64,000 nucleotides of DNA from NCBI GenBank assembly GCA_963783305.1, contig CAWAMW010000016.1, positions 739,491-803,490 of the forward strand, given 5' to 3'. Origin of the DNA: an uncultured Gemmatimonadales bacterium. GTDB taxonomy: Bacteria; Gemmatimonadota; Gemmatimonadetes; Longimicrobiales; RSA9. The notes below the pieces were generated by a model. That model did no database searches. It was not told the DNA's origin and was given only the letters and a program-made list of their open reading frames with translations. The position numbers and the translations under genes are program-made. The stretch's first letter is position 1. The number at the start of each line of letters is the position of its first letter. Of this stretch, positions 20,720 to 30,007 are shown piece by piece.

Positions 20720-21015
20720 ATCAAGTCCCTTCGTCCAGCGGCCCGGGAGCGCCGGGCGTTCGCGTCCGTTTCGATCCGAGGGTGCAAGGTACGGGCGGCG
20801 GTCGGCGTGAGAAAGACGCCGCGCGGCAGAAAGGATGGGGGGGTTCCGGAGGAGGGGTGATGGACGACATGCCGGCTGCGACATTTCAGGAAATCCCCCA
20901 CCGGACTACCCGGAGTTCTTCCTACTGCGCCCGGCGCCGGGGTCAAGGTACGTTGAACCTGTACGCCCCCCCCACGGGCGTGCGAATCCCACCAAAAAGC
21001 CATCCGGGAGGAAGC

Positions 21016-22173
21016 ATGGTCGCAGAGTATCATGCTGGCTCGACTCTACTCATGAGCGAGCCGGACCGTCGGGACTTCGTGAAGAGTGTGTGTGTCCTGT
21101 CTGCGGCCGCCATCGGGCTGCCGGCGACGACTGCGGAGGTGTTCGCGCAGAGCGTTGCGAAGCGGAAGCCGTCGGTGATCTGGCTGTCGTTCCAGGAATG
21201 CACGGGGTGCACGGAGTCGCTGCTGCGGACCAGTCATCCGGGGCTGGACACGCTGGTCCTCGACCTCATCTCGCTGGACTACCACGAGGCGCTGAGCGCG
21301 GCGGCGGGGCACCAGGCGGAAGAGGCGAAGCGGGCGAGCATGCGGGAGAACGCGGGCTCGTACGTGCTCGTGGTGGAGGGGGCGATCCCGACGAAGGATG
21401 GCGGGATCTACTGCAAGGTGGGGGGGCAGACGGCGCTGGACAGCGTGCGGGAGGCGGCGGAGCACGCGGGCGCGATCGTGGCGATCGGATCGTGCGCGTC
21501 GTGGGGCGGGATTCCGTCGTCCGGTCCGAACCCGACGGGGGCCATGGGAGTGCCGGGGGTGCTCCAGGGGAAGACGGTGGTGACGATCCCCGGCTGCCCG
21601 GCGAACCCGTACAACTTCCTGGGGACGGTGCTCCAGTACGCGACGTACGGCACCCTGCCGGAGCTGGACGCGCAGGGGCGGCCGAAGTTCGCGTACGGGC
21701 GGACGATCCACGAGGACTGCCCGCGACGGCCGCATTTCGATGCCGGCCGGTTCGCGCAGCGTTTTGGCGACGAGGGGCACCGCGAGGGATACTGCCTCTA
21801 CAAGCTGGGGTGCAAGGGTCCGGAGACGTACGCCAACTGCTCGCTCCAGCATTTCGGTGAGATGAACGGGGCGTGGCCGATCGGGATCGGGCACCCGTGC
21901 TTCGGCTGCACCGAGTACGGCGTGGGATTCAACAAGCCTCTGCACGCCACCGCGGACGTGATCCGGCTCACGCCCGGAGCATCGGCGCCGCCGATCCATC
22001 CGGAGCACGGCGGCGGGATCGGCCCGTGGGCCACGGGAGTGGCGGGTGTCGTAGGCGGTCTGGCGGTGGGCGGTGCGGCCATGGCGTCGCGACAGCTCGG
22101 GGATTACGACCCGGCGATGGAGGAGCTAGACCCGGCCGCCGGCGGAATGGACGAGACGGGCGGGGAGGCCTGA
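21016..22173 (+). CDS. hybO: [NiFe]-hydrogenase small subunit, copy 1 (Tat signal, C-terminal anchor)
   Basis: RRDFVK, ECTGCTES, GSCASWGG, PGCP, IHEDCPRR, CLYKLGCKGP, CFGC; GGGAGG RBS. Confidence 0.93.
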   Translation: MVAEYHAGSTLLMSEPDRRDFVKSVCVLSAAAIGLPATTAEVFAQSVAKRKPSVIWLSFQECTGCTESLLRTSHPGLDTLVLDLISLDYHEALSAAAGHQAEEAKRASMRENAGSYVLVVEGAIPTKDGGIYCKVGGQTALDSVREAAEHAGAIVAIGSCASWGGIPSSGPNPTGAMGVPGVLQGKTVVTIPGCPANPYNFLGTVLQYATYGTLPELDAQGRPKFAYGRTIHEDCPRRPHFDAGRFAQRFGDEGHREGYCLYKLGCKGPETYANCSLQHFGEMNGAWPIGIGHPCFGCTEYGVGFNKPLHATADVIRLTPGASAPPIHPEHGGGIGPWATGVAGVVGGLAVGGAAMASRQLGDYDPAMEELDPAAGGMDETGGEA

Positions 22174-23049
22174 GTGGGCGTGGACCGCAGGACGGCGCTG
22201 AAGTCGCTGGCGGCCGCGGGCGCGGCGCTGGCGGGCGCGCCGAGGCGGGCGGAGGCGCGGGAGCCGCGGCAGGCACCCGCCGACGCGGTGGGACTCCTCT
22301 ACGACGCCACGCTGTGCATCGGCTGCAAGGCGTGCGTGTCGGCGTGCTACGAGGCCAATTTCGAGGGGCGTCCGCCGGGCGAGCTGTACTACGAAGCGGA
22401 GGACCTGAGCTCGACCTGCCGGAACATCATCAAGGAGTACCGGGAGGGTGGGGCGCAGTCGTTCATGAAGATGCAGTGCATGCACTGCGTGGACCCGGGC
22501 TGCATCAGCGCGTGCATGATGGGGGCGCTCGACAAGCGCGAGTACGGGATCGTGACGTGGGACGGCGACAAGTGTATTGGGTGCCGGTACTGTCAGGTCG
22601 CCTGCCCGTACAACGTGCCGAAGTTCCAGTGGGACGATGCCACGCCGGAGATCGTGAAGTGCGAGCTGTGCAGTCACCGGCTGGCGGCAGGCGGGATCCC
22701 CGCGTGCGCCGAAGTCTGCCCGCGCGAGGCGGTGATCTTCGGGACGCGTGAGGAGCTGCTGACGGAGGCGCACCGGCGTTTGGACGAGGACCCGGCAAGC
22801 TACGAGCCGAAGGTCTTCGGCGAAACGGATGGGGGCGGAACCCAGGTGCTCTACCTGAGCTCGGCCGGCGTACCGTTCACGGCGCTGGGCCTGCCTGAGC
22901 TCGGGAACCGGAGCGTCGCGCACACGTCGGAAACGATCCAGCATACGATCTACAAGGGGTTCGTGGCGCCGGTGGTGGTGTACGGCGTGCTGGGTGCCGT
23001 GGTCTGGCGGGCGCACCGAACACAGCGGGACGAGGAGGTGACGCCATGA
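22174..23049 (+). CDS. hybA: Hydrogenase-2 Fe-S subunit, copy 1
   Basis: RRTALK; CIGCKAC, CMHCVDPGC, CIGCRYCQVACP, KCELC. Confidence 0.93.
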   Translation: MGVDRRTALKSLAAAGAALAGAPRRAEAREPRQAPADAVGLLYDATLCIGCKACVSACYEANFEGRPPGELYYEAEDLSSTCRNIIKEYREGGAQSFMKMQCMHCVDPGCISACMMGALDKREYGIVTWDGDKCIGCRYCQVACPYNVPKFQWDDATPEIVKCELCSHRLAAGGIPACAEVCPREAVIFGTREELLTEAHRRLDEDPASYEPKVFGETDGGGTQVLYLSSAGVPFTALGLPELGNRSVAHTSETIQHTIYKGFVAPVVVYGVLGAVVWRAHRTQRDEEVTP

Positions 23050-24281
23050 CGATGAGGCATACGCCTCCGGAGCCCATCGGCGGGCCCATCCTGACGAAGC
23101 CATTCCTGGTGATGAGCGGGCTGCTGGCCGGCGCGCTCGTGCTGCTGGCCTACCGGTTCTGGGCGGGGCTGGGGCCGGTGACGGGGCTCTCGGACGGGTA
23201 CCCGTGGGGGATCTGGATCGCCTTCGACGTGGTGGTCGGCACGGCGCTGGCCACGGGCGGGTATGCCATCGCGATCCTGGTCTACCTGCTGAACAACGGG
23301 AAGTACCACCCGCTGGTGCGCCCCGCGTTGCTGACGAGCGCCCTCGGCTACTCGCTGGGGGCGATCGGTGTCGTCATCGACATTGGTCGGTGGTGGAACG
23401 TCTACGCGCTGCCGTACCGGTTCTGGGACTGGAACCTGAACTCGGTGCTGCTGGAGGTGGCGCTCTGCATCATGCTGTACCTGGCGGTGCTCTGGATCGA
23501 GGTGTCGCCTTTCCTGCTGGAGAAGTGGGAGCACGGGGGGAACGAGCGGATGGCGCGGTTCAGCCGGTGGGCGCTGCCGAAGCTCCGGAGGGCGATGCCG
23601 TGGATCATCGCGCTCGGGCTGTTGCTGCCCACGATGCACCAGTCCTCGCTGGGCTCGCTCATGTTGCTGGCGGGGACGAAGCTGCACCCGCTCTGGTACA
23701 CGCCCATGCTGCCGGCGCTGTTCCTCCTGTCGTGCATCGCCATGGGGTATGCGGTGGTGGTGCTGGAGGGGATGACCACGCGGACGGCGTTCGGGCGGCT
23801 GCGGGAGACGCCGGTGCAGGCGGGGCTCACGACCGCGGCGCTCGTGGTCATGGGGCTGTACGTGGTGCTGCGGTTCGGCGACGTGATCTACCGCGGCCAC
23901 CTGGGCATGCTGGCGGAGCTCACGCCCATGACGCTCCTGTTCTGGTTCGAGCAGGCGCTCTTCGTCGCGGCCATCGTCCTCCTGGCGCGCCGCGGCGAGA
24001 ACTACAAGCGGGGCCATCTGTTTCGGGCGGCCGGGTTCATGGTGCTCGCCGGATCGCTGTACCGCTTTTCGACCTTCCTGATCGCGTTCGACCCCGGCCC
24101 GGGCTGGAGCTATTTCCCGACGATCCCCGAGCTGCTGATCACGGTCGGCCTCGTGGCCGGAGAGATCATGCTGTATCTGGTGATCATCAAGCGGTTCCCC
24201 ATCGTGGGCGGAGTGAAGCCGGCGGGCTGGCCGAACGTGCCGGCCCCCATCAGCCCACCCGTCGTTGCTGCCCGCTCCTGA
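23046..24281 (+). CDS. hybB: Hydrogenase-2 NrfD/PsrC-family membrane subunit, copy 1
   Basis: YPWGIWIAFD, DIGRWWN, LPTMHQSSLGSL; multi-TM. Confidence 0.93.
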   Translation: MTMRHTPPEPIGGPILTKPFLVMSGLLAGALVLLAYRFWAGLGPVTGLSDGYPWGIWIAFDVVVGTALATGGYAIAILVYLLNNGKYHPLVRPALLTSALGYSLGAIGVVIDIGRWWNVYALPYRFWDWNLNSVLLEVALCIMLYLAVLWIEVSPFLLEKWEHGGNERMARFSRWALPKLRRAMPWIIALGLLLPTMHQSSLGSLMLLAGTKLHPLWYTPMLPALFLLSCIAMGYAVVVLEGMTTRTAFGRLRETPVQAGLTTAALVVMGLYVVLRFGDVIYRGHLGMLAELTPMTLLFWFEQALFVAAIVLLARRGENYKRGHLFRAAGFMVLAGSLYRFSTFLIAFDPGPGWSYFPTIPELLITVGLVAGEIMLYLVIIKRFPIVGGVKPAGWPNVPAPISPPVVAARS

Positions 24282-24293
24282 GGAGGAGGACCC

Positions 24294-26006
24294 ATGACGA
24301 GAGTCGTCGTTGACCCGATCACCCGAATCGAAGGGCACCTGCGCGTGGACGTGGAGGTGAACAACGGGCAGGTGACGAACGCGTGGTCGAGCGGGCAGAT
24401 GTGGCGGGGGATCGAGCTGATCCTGGAGGGTCGGGACCCGCGGGAGGCGTGGCTGTTCACGCAGCGGATCTGCGGCGTGTGCACCACGGTGCATGCGATC
24501 ACGAGCGTGCGGGCGGTGGAGAACGCGCTCGGTCTCGAGATCCCGCCGAACGCGCAGTACATCCGCAACCTGGTGCTGGTCGCGCACGCGCTGCACGACC
24601 ACATCGTGCATTTCTACCACCTGTCGGCGCTGGACTGGGTGGACGTGACCAGCGCGCTCAAGGCGGACCCCCGCAAGACGGCATCGCTCGCGGAGAGCAT
24701 CTCGCCCTGGCCGCGGAACAGCCGTCAGGAGCTGGAGGCGGTGAAGGGGAAGGTGAAGGGGCTGGTGGACAGCGGTCAGCTGGGGATCTTCGCCAATGGC
24801 TACTGGGGGCACCAGGCCATGCACCTGGAGCCGGAGGTCAACCTGCTGGCGGTGAGCCATTACCTCCAGGCGCTGGAGTTCCAGCGGAAGGCGAACCAGG
24901 TGGTGGGCATGCTCGGCGGGAAGACGCCGAACATCCAGAACCTGGCGGTGGGGGGTGTGGCGAACGCCATCAACCTGGACAACCAGGCGGCGCTGAACAT
25001 GGAGAAGCTGTACTGGATCAAGGAGCTGCTGGCGGAGGTGAAGCAGTTCGTGCAGCAGGTCTATCTCCCCGACCTGATCGCCGTGGGCGCCATGTACCCG
25101 GAGTGGCTCGGCTATGGCGCGGGCGTGACCAACTACATGGCGGTGCCGGACCTGCCGACCGACGCGGCCGGGACCGCGTTCGACCTTCCCGGGGGGACCA
25201 TCATGGGTGGCGACCTGTCGACATACCGTCCGATCTCGAAGTTCGGCGACCCGTACTTCGAGGAGAACGTGACCGAGTCGGTGGCGCACGCGTGGTACCA
25301 GGGCAAGGACACGCTCCACCCGTACGACGGTGTGACGGAGCCCGATTACACGGATTTCCAGGACAACGGGAAGTACTCGTGGGTGAAGGCGCCGCGCTGG
25401 GACGGGAAGCCCATGCAGGTGGGGCCGCTGGCGCAGGTGCTGGTGGGGTACGCGTCGGGCCACGAGGGAATCCAGCACTGGGCGCGGCACGCGCTGAACA
25501 CCGCCTCGAGCATCGCCGGCACGCCGCTGGGTCTCGAGGTGATGCACTCCACGCTGGGGCGGCACCTGGCCCGCGGCATCCGCGCAGCCACCATCGCCGA
25601 CCTGGCGGAGAAGCACTGGGGTCTGCTGGCGAACAACATCGGTTCGGGCGACACCGACATTTTCAACCAGCCGGAGTTTCCCAAGGGAGAGATCCGGGGG
25701 TTCGGCTTCCACGAGGCGCCGCGAGGCGCGCTGAGCCACTGGACGGTCATCAATGACGGCGTCATCAAGAACTACCAGGCCGTGGTCCCGTCCACGTGGA
25801 ACGCCGGGCCCCGTGACGAGTACGAGCAGATGGGGCCGTACGAAGCGGCGCTCATGGGCAACCCGGTCGCCGACACGGACCGGCCGCTGGAGGTGCTGCG
25901 GACGATCCACAGCTTCGACCCATGCCTGGCCTGCGCGATCCATACGCTGGATCCGGAGGGACGGGAGCTTTCCAACGTAATGGCGGTGGATTTCTGCTCG
26001 ATATGA
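24294..26006 (+). CDS. hybC: [NiFe]-hydrogenase large subunit, copy 1
   Basis: DPITRIEGH, L1 QRICGVCTTVH, L2 SFDPCLACAIH plus cleavable tail. Confidence 0.95.
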   Translation: MTRVVVDPITRIEGHLRVDVEVNNGQVTNAWSSGQMWRGIELILEGRDPREAWLFTQRICGVCTTVHAITSVRAVENALGLEIPPNAQYIRNLVLVAHALHDHIVHFYHLSALDWVDVTSALKADPRKTASLAESISPWPRNSRQELEAVKGKVKGLVDSGQLGIFANGYWGHQAMHLEPEVNLLAVSHYLQALEFQRKANQVVGMLGGKTPNIQNLAVGGVANAINLDNQAALNMEKLYWIKELLAEVKQFVQQVYLPDLIAVGAMYPEWLGYGAGVTNYMAVPDLPTDAAGTAFDLPGGTIMGGDLSTYRPISKFGDPYFEENVTESVAHAWYQGKDTLHPYDGVTEPDYTDFQDNGKYSWVKAPRWDGKPMQVGPLAQVLVGYASGHEGIQHWARHALNTASSIAGTPLGLEVMHSTLGRHLARGIRAATIADLAEKHWGLLANNIGSGDTDIFNQPEFPKGEIRGFGFHEAPRGALSHWTVINDGVIKNYQAVVPSTWNAGPRDEYEQMGPYEAALMGNPVADTDRPLEVLRTIHSFDPCLACAIHTLDPEGRELSNVMAVDFCSI

Positions 26007-26539
26007 AGAGAGTGGCGGTGGTGGGACTGGGCAACGTGCTGGTGGGCGATGACGCGTTCGGTCCGTACGTGGTGCGGCTGTTCGACGCGCGCTACGACAC
26101 GGAGCCAGCGGTGGAGGTGCTGGATCTGGGCACGCCCGGTCTCGACCTGGCGCCGCACCTGGAGGGGCTCGACGCGCTCGTCGTGGTGGACACGGTGCAT
26201 TCGGATGGCGCACCGGGGACCCTCAAGCAGTACGATCGCGAGCAGCTCCTGTCCCGTCCATCGCCGCCGCGAACCAATCCGCATCAGCCGGGTGTGAAGG
26301 AGACGCTGCTCCGGCTCGAGGTGGAGGACCTTTCGCCCCGTGACGTGCTGCTGGTGGGCGTGGTCCCGGAGCGGACGGAGACCGGCGTCGGTCTCACGGA
26401 CGCGGTGCGCGACGCGGCGGCCGAGGCGCTGGTGGCGATCGTGGCCGAGCTGGAGCGGCTGGGGGTCGTCGTCACGGCGCGGGAGCCGGAGCGGGACCCC
26501 GACATCTGGTGGGAGCGGCGGCGGGTGGACGTGGCGTAG
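26003..26539 (+). CDS. hybD: Hydrogenase maturation endopeptidase
   Basis: GLGNVLVGDDAFGP, DLGTPG, PHQ. Confidence 0.9.
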   Translation: MKRVAVVGLGNVLVGDDAFGPYVVRLFDARYDTEPAVEVLDLGTPGLDLAPHLEGLDALVVVDTVHSDGAPGTLKQYDREQLLSRPSPPRTNPHQPGVKETLLRLEVEDLSPRDVLLVGVVPERTETGVGLTDAVRDAAAEALVAIVAELERLGVVVTAREPERDPDIWWERRRVDVA

Positions 26540-26739
26540 GGGGCCGGCCCACCGCCCGGAGCGCGCCCGACGCCGGCGGTTTGTTCCGCACGGACCATAG
26601 GTAAAATCCACCACGACACGTCGCGAGGTTCCCCCCGCACGAAGTTCTTCATCTCCCCCCACAGACTCCCCCACGGCGTGCCGATATCCTAGGGCGCACG
26701 CATCGCAGACATCACCGGCAGGTGACCCAGGGGGGGTAA

Positions 26740-27927
26740 ATGGAACCGGACCATCGTCCGGCGGCGGGGACCCTTGTGATCGAGGGGCCCGACCGTCGGG
26801 AGTTCGTGAAGAGCATGTGTGTCATGGCAGCGGCGGCCGTGGGCCTCCCTGCAACCGCCGCGGAGGCGTTCGCCCAGACAGTGGCGACGGCGAAGCGGCG
26901 TCCTTCCGTGATCTGGCTGTCCTTCCAGGAATGCACCGGGTGCACGGAGTCGCTCCTGCGGACCAGCCACCCCCAGCTCGATGAGCTGATCCTGGAGCTG
27001 ATCTCCCTGGACTACCACGAAGCGCTCTCGGTCCCCGCGGGTCACCTGGCGGAGGAGGCGCGCCGGGCGGCCATGGAGGAGAACTCCGGGCGGTACATCC
27101 TGGTGGTGGAGGGCGCGATCCCCACGAAGGATGGCGGGATCTATTGCATGATCGGTGGCCACACGGGGATGGAGATCCTGAAGGAGGCGGCGGAGCACGC
27201 GGGCGCGATCGTGGCCATCGGGTCGTGCGCGGCCTGGGGCGGGATCCCGTCGTCGCCGCCGAACCCCACGGGCGCCACGGGCGCACCGCAGATCCTGACC
27301 GACAAGACGGTCGTGACGCTGCCGGGCTGCCCGCCCAACCCGTACAACCTTCTGGGCACGGTGCTGCAGTATGCGACGTACGGCACGCTGCCGGAGCTCG
27401 ACGAGAAGGGCCGGCCGATGTTCGCCTACAAGCGGGTGATCCACGAGGACTGCCCGAGGCGACCGCACTTCGACGCGGGCCGGTTCGCGCGCCAGTTCGG
27501 CGACGAGGCGCACCGTGCCGGTCACTGCCTGTATTACCTGGGGTGCAAGGGGCCGCAGACCTACGCAAACTGCTCGCTCCAGAGCTTCAACGAGCTGACC
27601 AACTCCTGGCCCGTGGGCACGGGCGCGCCGTGCTTCGGGTGCACGGAGGAGGCGGTGGGGTTCAAGCTGGCGCTGCACGAGACGGTGCCCACGATGAACC
27701 CCACTCCGTTCGGAGTGGCGCCGCCCCCGGATGGGAAGATCGGCTCGATAAGCCCGCTGGCCGTGGGCGTCGCTGGCGCGCTGGGTGGTGGTGCGGTGGG
27801 TGCGGGTGTCATGGCGGCGCTGCGGCTGGACCGGGACGACCGGGTGGTGGGTGTGGCCGGGGAGGAGCCGGTGGACCCGGCGGCGAAGCGGGAGGAGGCG
27901 TCGGAGGAGGTGCCGCATGGGCATTGA
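26740..27927 (+). CDS. hybO: [NiFe]-hydrogenase small subunit, copy 2
   Basis: RREFVK and the same Cys/His motifs as copy 1. Confidence 0.93.
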   Translation: MEPDHRPAAGTLVIEGPDRREFVKSMCVMAAAAVGLPATAAEAFAQTVATAKRRPSVIWLSFQECTGCTESLLRTSHPQLDELILELISLDYHEALSVPAGHLAEEARRAAMEENSGRYILVVEGAIPTKDGGIYCMIGGHTGMEILKEAAEHAGAIVAIGSCAAWGGIPSSPPNPTGATGAPQILTDKTVVTLPGCPPNPYNLLGTVLQYATYGTLPELDEKGRPMFAYKRVIHEDCPRRPHFDAGRFARQFGDEAHRAGHCLYYLGCKGPQTYANCSLQSFNELTNSWPVGTGAPCFGCTEEAVGFKLALHETVPTMNPTPFGVAPPPDGKIGSISPLAVGVAGALGGGAVGAGVMAALRLDRDDRVVGVAGEEPVDPAAKREEASEEVPHGH

Positions 27928-28768
27928 CCGGCGCGACTGGCTGAAGGCCATGGGCGGTGCGGCCGCCGTGGTGGCGCTGCCGGGCCGAGCCGCGGCGAGC
28001 GAGCCGGCCCTGCTGTCGGACGAGGTGGCGTATGGACTCCTCTACGACACGACGCTCTGCATCGGGTGCCAGGCGTGCGTGGTGGCGTGCCGGCAGGCGA
28101 ACGGGGACGAGAAGGAGGGGCCGCACGCGGCGGCGCAGAACCTGGACTCGGAGACGCGCAACATCATCTACGCGGCGCGCGATGAGTCGGGCGATTTCCT
28201 GTCGTACATGAAGCGGCAGTGCATGCACTGCGCGGAGCCGGCGTGCGCGAGCGCGTGCATGTTCGGGGGTCTGAAGAAGGACGAGCATGGCCGGGTCTGG
28301 TGGAACGGCGACCTGTGCGTGGGGTGCCGCTACTGCCAGATCGCGTGCCCGTTCGGGGTGCCGCGGTTCGAGTGGGACTCGGCGAACCCCGAGATCGTGA
28401 AGTGTGAGCTGTGCCGACACCGCGACGAGGGGCCCGCGTGCGCGGAGGTGTGTCCCCGTGGCGCGGTGATCACGGGTACGCGGTCGGAGCTGCTGCGGGA
28501 GGCCCGTCGCCGGCTGGCGGACCATCCGGAGCGGTACGTCCCCCGGATCTACGGGGAGACGGACGCGGGCGGGACCCAGTGTCTGTACCTGTCGCACGTG
28601 CCGTTCGAGGATCTGGGGCTGCCGGCCGTGGGGGATCGGCCGCTGCCGGACTACACCGAGCAGGTGCACGGCCTCATCTGGAAGGGGGCGGTGATCCCGA
28701 GCGCGCTGTACGCGATCCTGGGGCTGGCGGTGTTCCGGAACAACCGCGCGCACAAGGAGGACGCATGA
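27917..28768 (+). CDS. hybA: Hydrogenase-2 Fe-S subunit, copy 2
   Basis: RRDWLK; CIGCQAC, CMHCAEPAC, CVGCRYCQIACP. Confidence 0.92.
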   Translation: MGIDRRDWLKAMGGAAAVVALPGRAAASEPALLSDEVAYGLLYDTTLCIGCQACVVACRQANGDEKEGPHAAAQNLDSETRNIIYAARDESGDFLSYMKRQCMHCAEPACASACMFGGLKKDEHGRVWWNGDLCVGCRYCQIACPFGVPRFEWDSANPEIVKCELCRHRDEGPACAEVCPRGAVITGTRSELLREARRRLADHPERYVPRIYGETDAGGTQCLYLSHVPFEDLGLPAVGDRPLPDYTEQVHGLIWKGAVIPSALYAILGLAVFRNNRAHKEDA

Positions 28769-29985
28769 GCGCGCACGTGCACGTCGAGGATGACACCGCG
28801 CCGCTCGGGGGCCCGCTGCTGTCGCCGTTCGTGAAGCTGCTGCTGGTGGTCTCGGCGGTGTGGGTGGCGCTGGTGGTGTACCGGTTCGCGGTGGGGATCG
28901 GCCCGGTGAGCGCCATGAACGACGGCTACGCGTGGGGCTCGTGGAAGATCTTCAACGTCATCGTGCTGACCGCGCTCGCGTCGGGCGGCTATGCCACCGC
29001 CACGGTGGTGTACGTGCTCAACCGGGGTCGCTACCACTCGCTGATCCGGACGGCCATCGTCACGAGCGTGCTCGGCTACACCACGGCCATGGTGGCGCTG
29101 GGGATGGACGTGGGCCGGCCGTGGAACATGTGGCGGATCATGAACCCGGTCGGCTGGAACGGGCACTCCGTGCTGCTGGAGATCGCGGTGTGCGTCACGC
29201 TCTACGCAGGGTTCCTCTGGCTGGAGATGACGTACCCGGCGCTGGACGGGTGGCGGAGCTCTCAGGACTCGCGGCTGCGACGGATCGCGGCGCGGCTGCA
29301 TCCCATCATGGAGAAGGCGTACCCGTTCATCGTGGCGACGGCGATCTTCCTGCCCACGCTGCACCAGTCGAGCCTCGGCTCGCTCTTCCTGCTGGCGGGC
29401 CCGCGGCTGCACGACCTGTGGCAGACGCCGCTGCTCCCGCTCTTCTTCCTGGTGGCCGCCTTCCTCATGGGGTTCAGCGCGGTGATCGGGGTGTCACTGC
29501 TGTCGAGCCTGATCTGGAGGACGCCGTATCAGACACCGATGCTGAGCCGGCTCGCCCGGATCATGGCGTGGCTGATGATCGCGCTGGTGGTGGGACGGTG
29601 GGCCGACTGGGCGTCGCAGGGGGAGCTGGGCCAGCTCTTCCGGCTGGACAAGTACGCGGTCCTGGCGTGGCTGGAGACGGCGCTGCTCATGGGCCCGGCG
29701 CTCTTCGCGCTGGGCTACGACATGAGGCGGACGCGGAACCTCTACATGGCGGCGGGTGGCGCGGCGGTGGGCGGGATGCTCTACCGGCTGGACGCGAGCC
29801 TGATCGCCTTCGCGCCGGACGAGCGGTACAGCTACTTCCCGTCGCTCGTGGAGCTGTTCCTGACCTTCGGGCTGATCTGCATCGCGGTACTGGGCTACAT
29901 CCTGTTCGTGAAGACGCTCCCGATCCTGCCCAGCCGGCGGCCGATCGGGCCTGAGAACCGACCGCACTTCGACCACGCCGCGTGA
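28765..29985 (+). CDS. hybB: NrfD-family membrane subunit, copy 2
   Basis: DGYAWG, DVGRPWN, LPTLHQSSLGSL; ATGA overlap with hybA2. Confidence 0.9.
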   Translation: MSAHVHVEDDTAPLGGPLLSPFVKLLLVVSAVWVALVVYRFAVGIGPVSAMNDGYAWGSWKIFNVIVLTALASGGYATATVVYVLNRGRYHSLIRTAIVTSVLGYTTAMVALGMDVGRPWNMWRIMNPVGWNGHSVLLEIAVCVTLYAGFLWLEMTYPALDGWRSSQDSRLRRIAARLHPIMEKAYPFIVATAIFLPTLHQSSLGSLFLLAGPRLHDLWQTPLLPLFFLVAAFLMGFSAVIGVSLLSSLIWRTPYQTPMLSRLARIMAWLMIALVVGRWADWASQGELGQLFRLDKYAVLAWLETALLMGPALFALGYDMRRTRNLYMAAGGAAVGGMLYRLDASLIAFAPDERYSYFPSLVELFLTFGLICIAVLGYILFVKTLPILPSRRPIGPENRPHFDHAA

Positions 29986-30007
29986 AGCGCGGGGGAGCGA
30001 GACCGAT

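Noticed and set aside
20941..20959. FNR box upstream of hyb operon 1
   Set aside because: Half-sites are in the opposite order to TTGAT-N4-ATCAA
21016..27927. O2-tolerant (6-Cys) or selenocysteine hydrogenase
   Set aside because: CTGCTES and GSCAxWGG lack the supernumerary Cys; L2 uses Cys codons, not TGA
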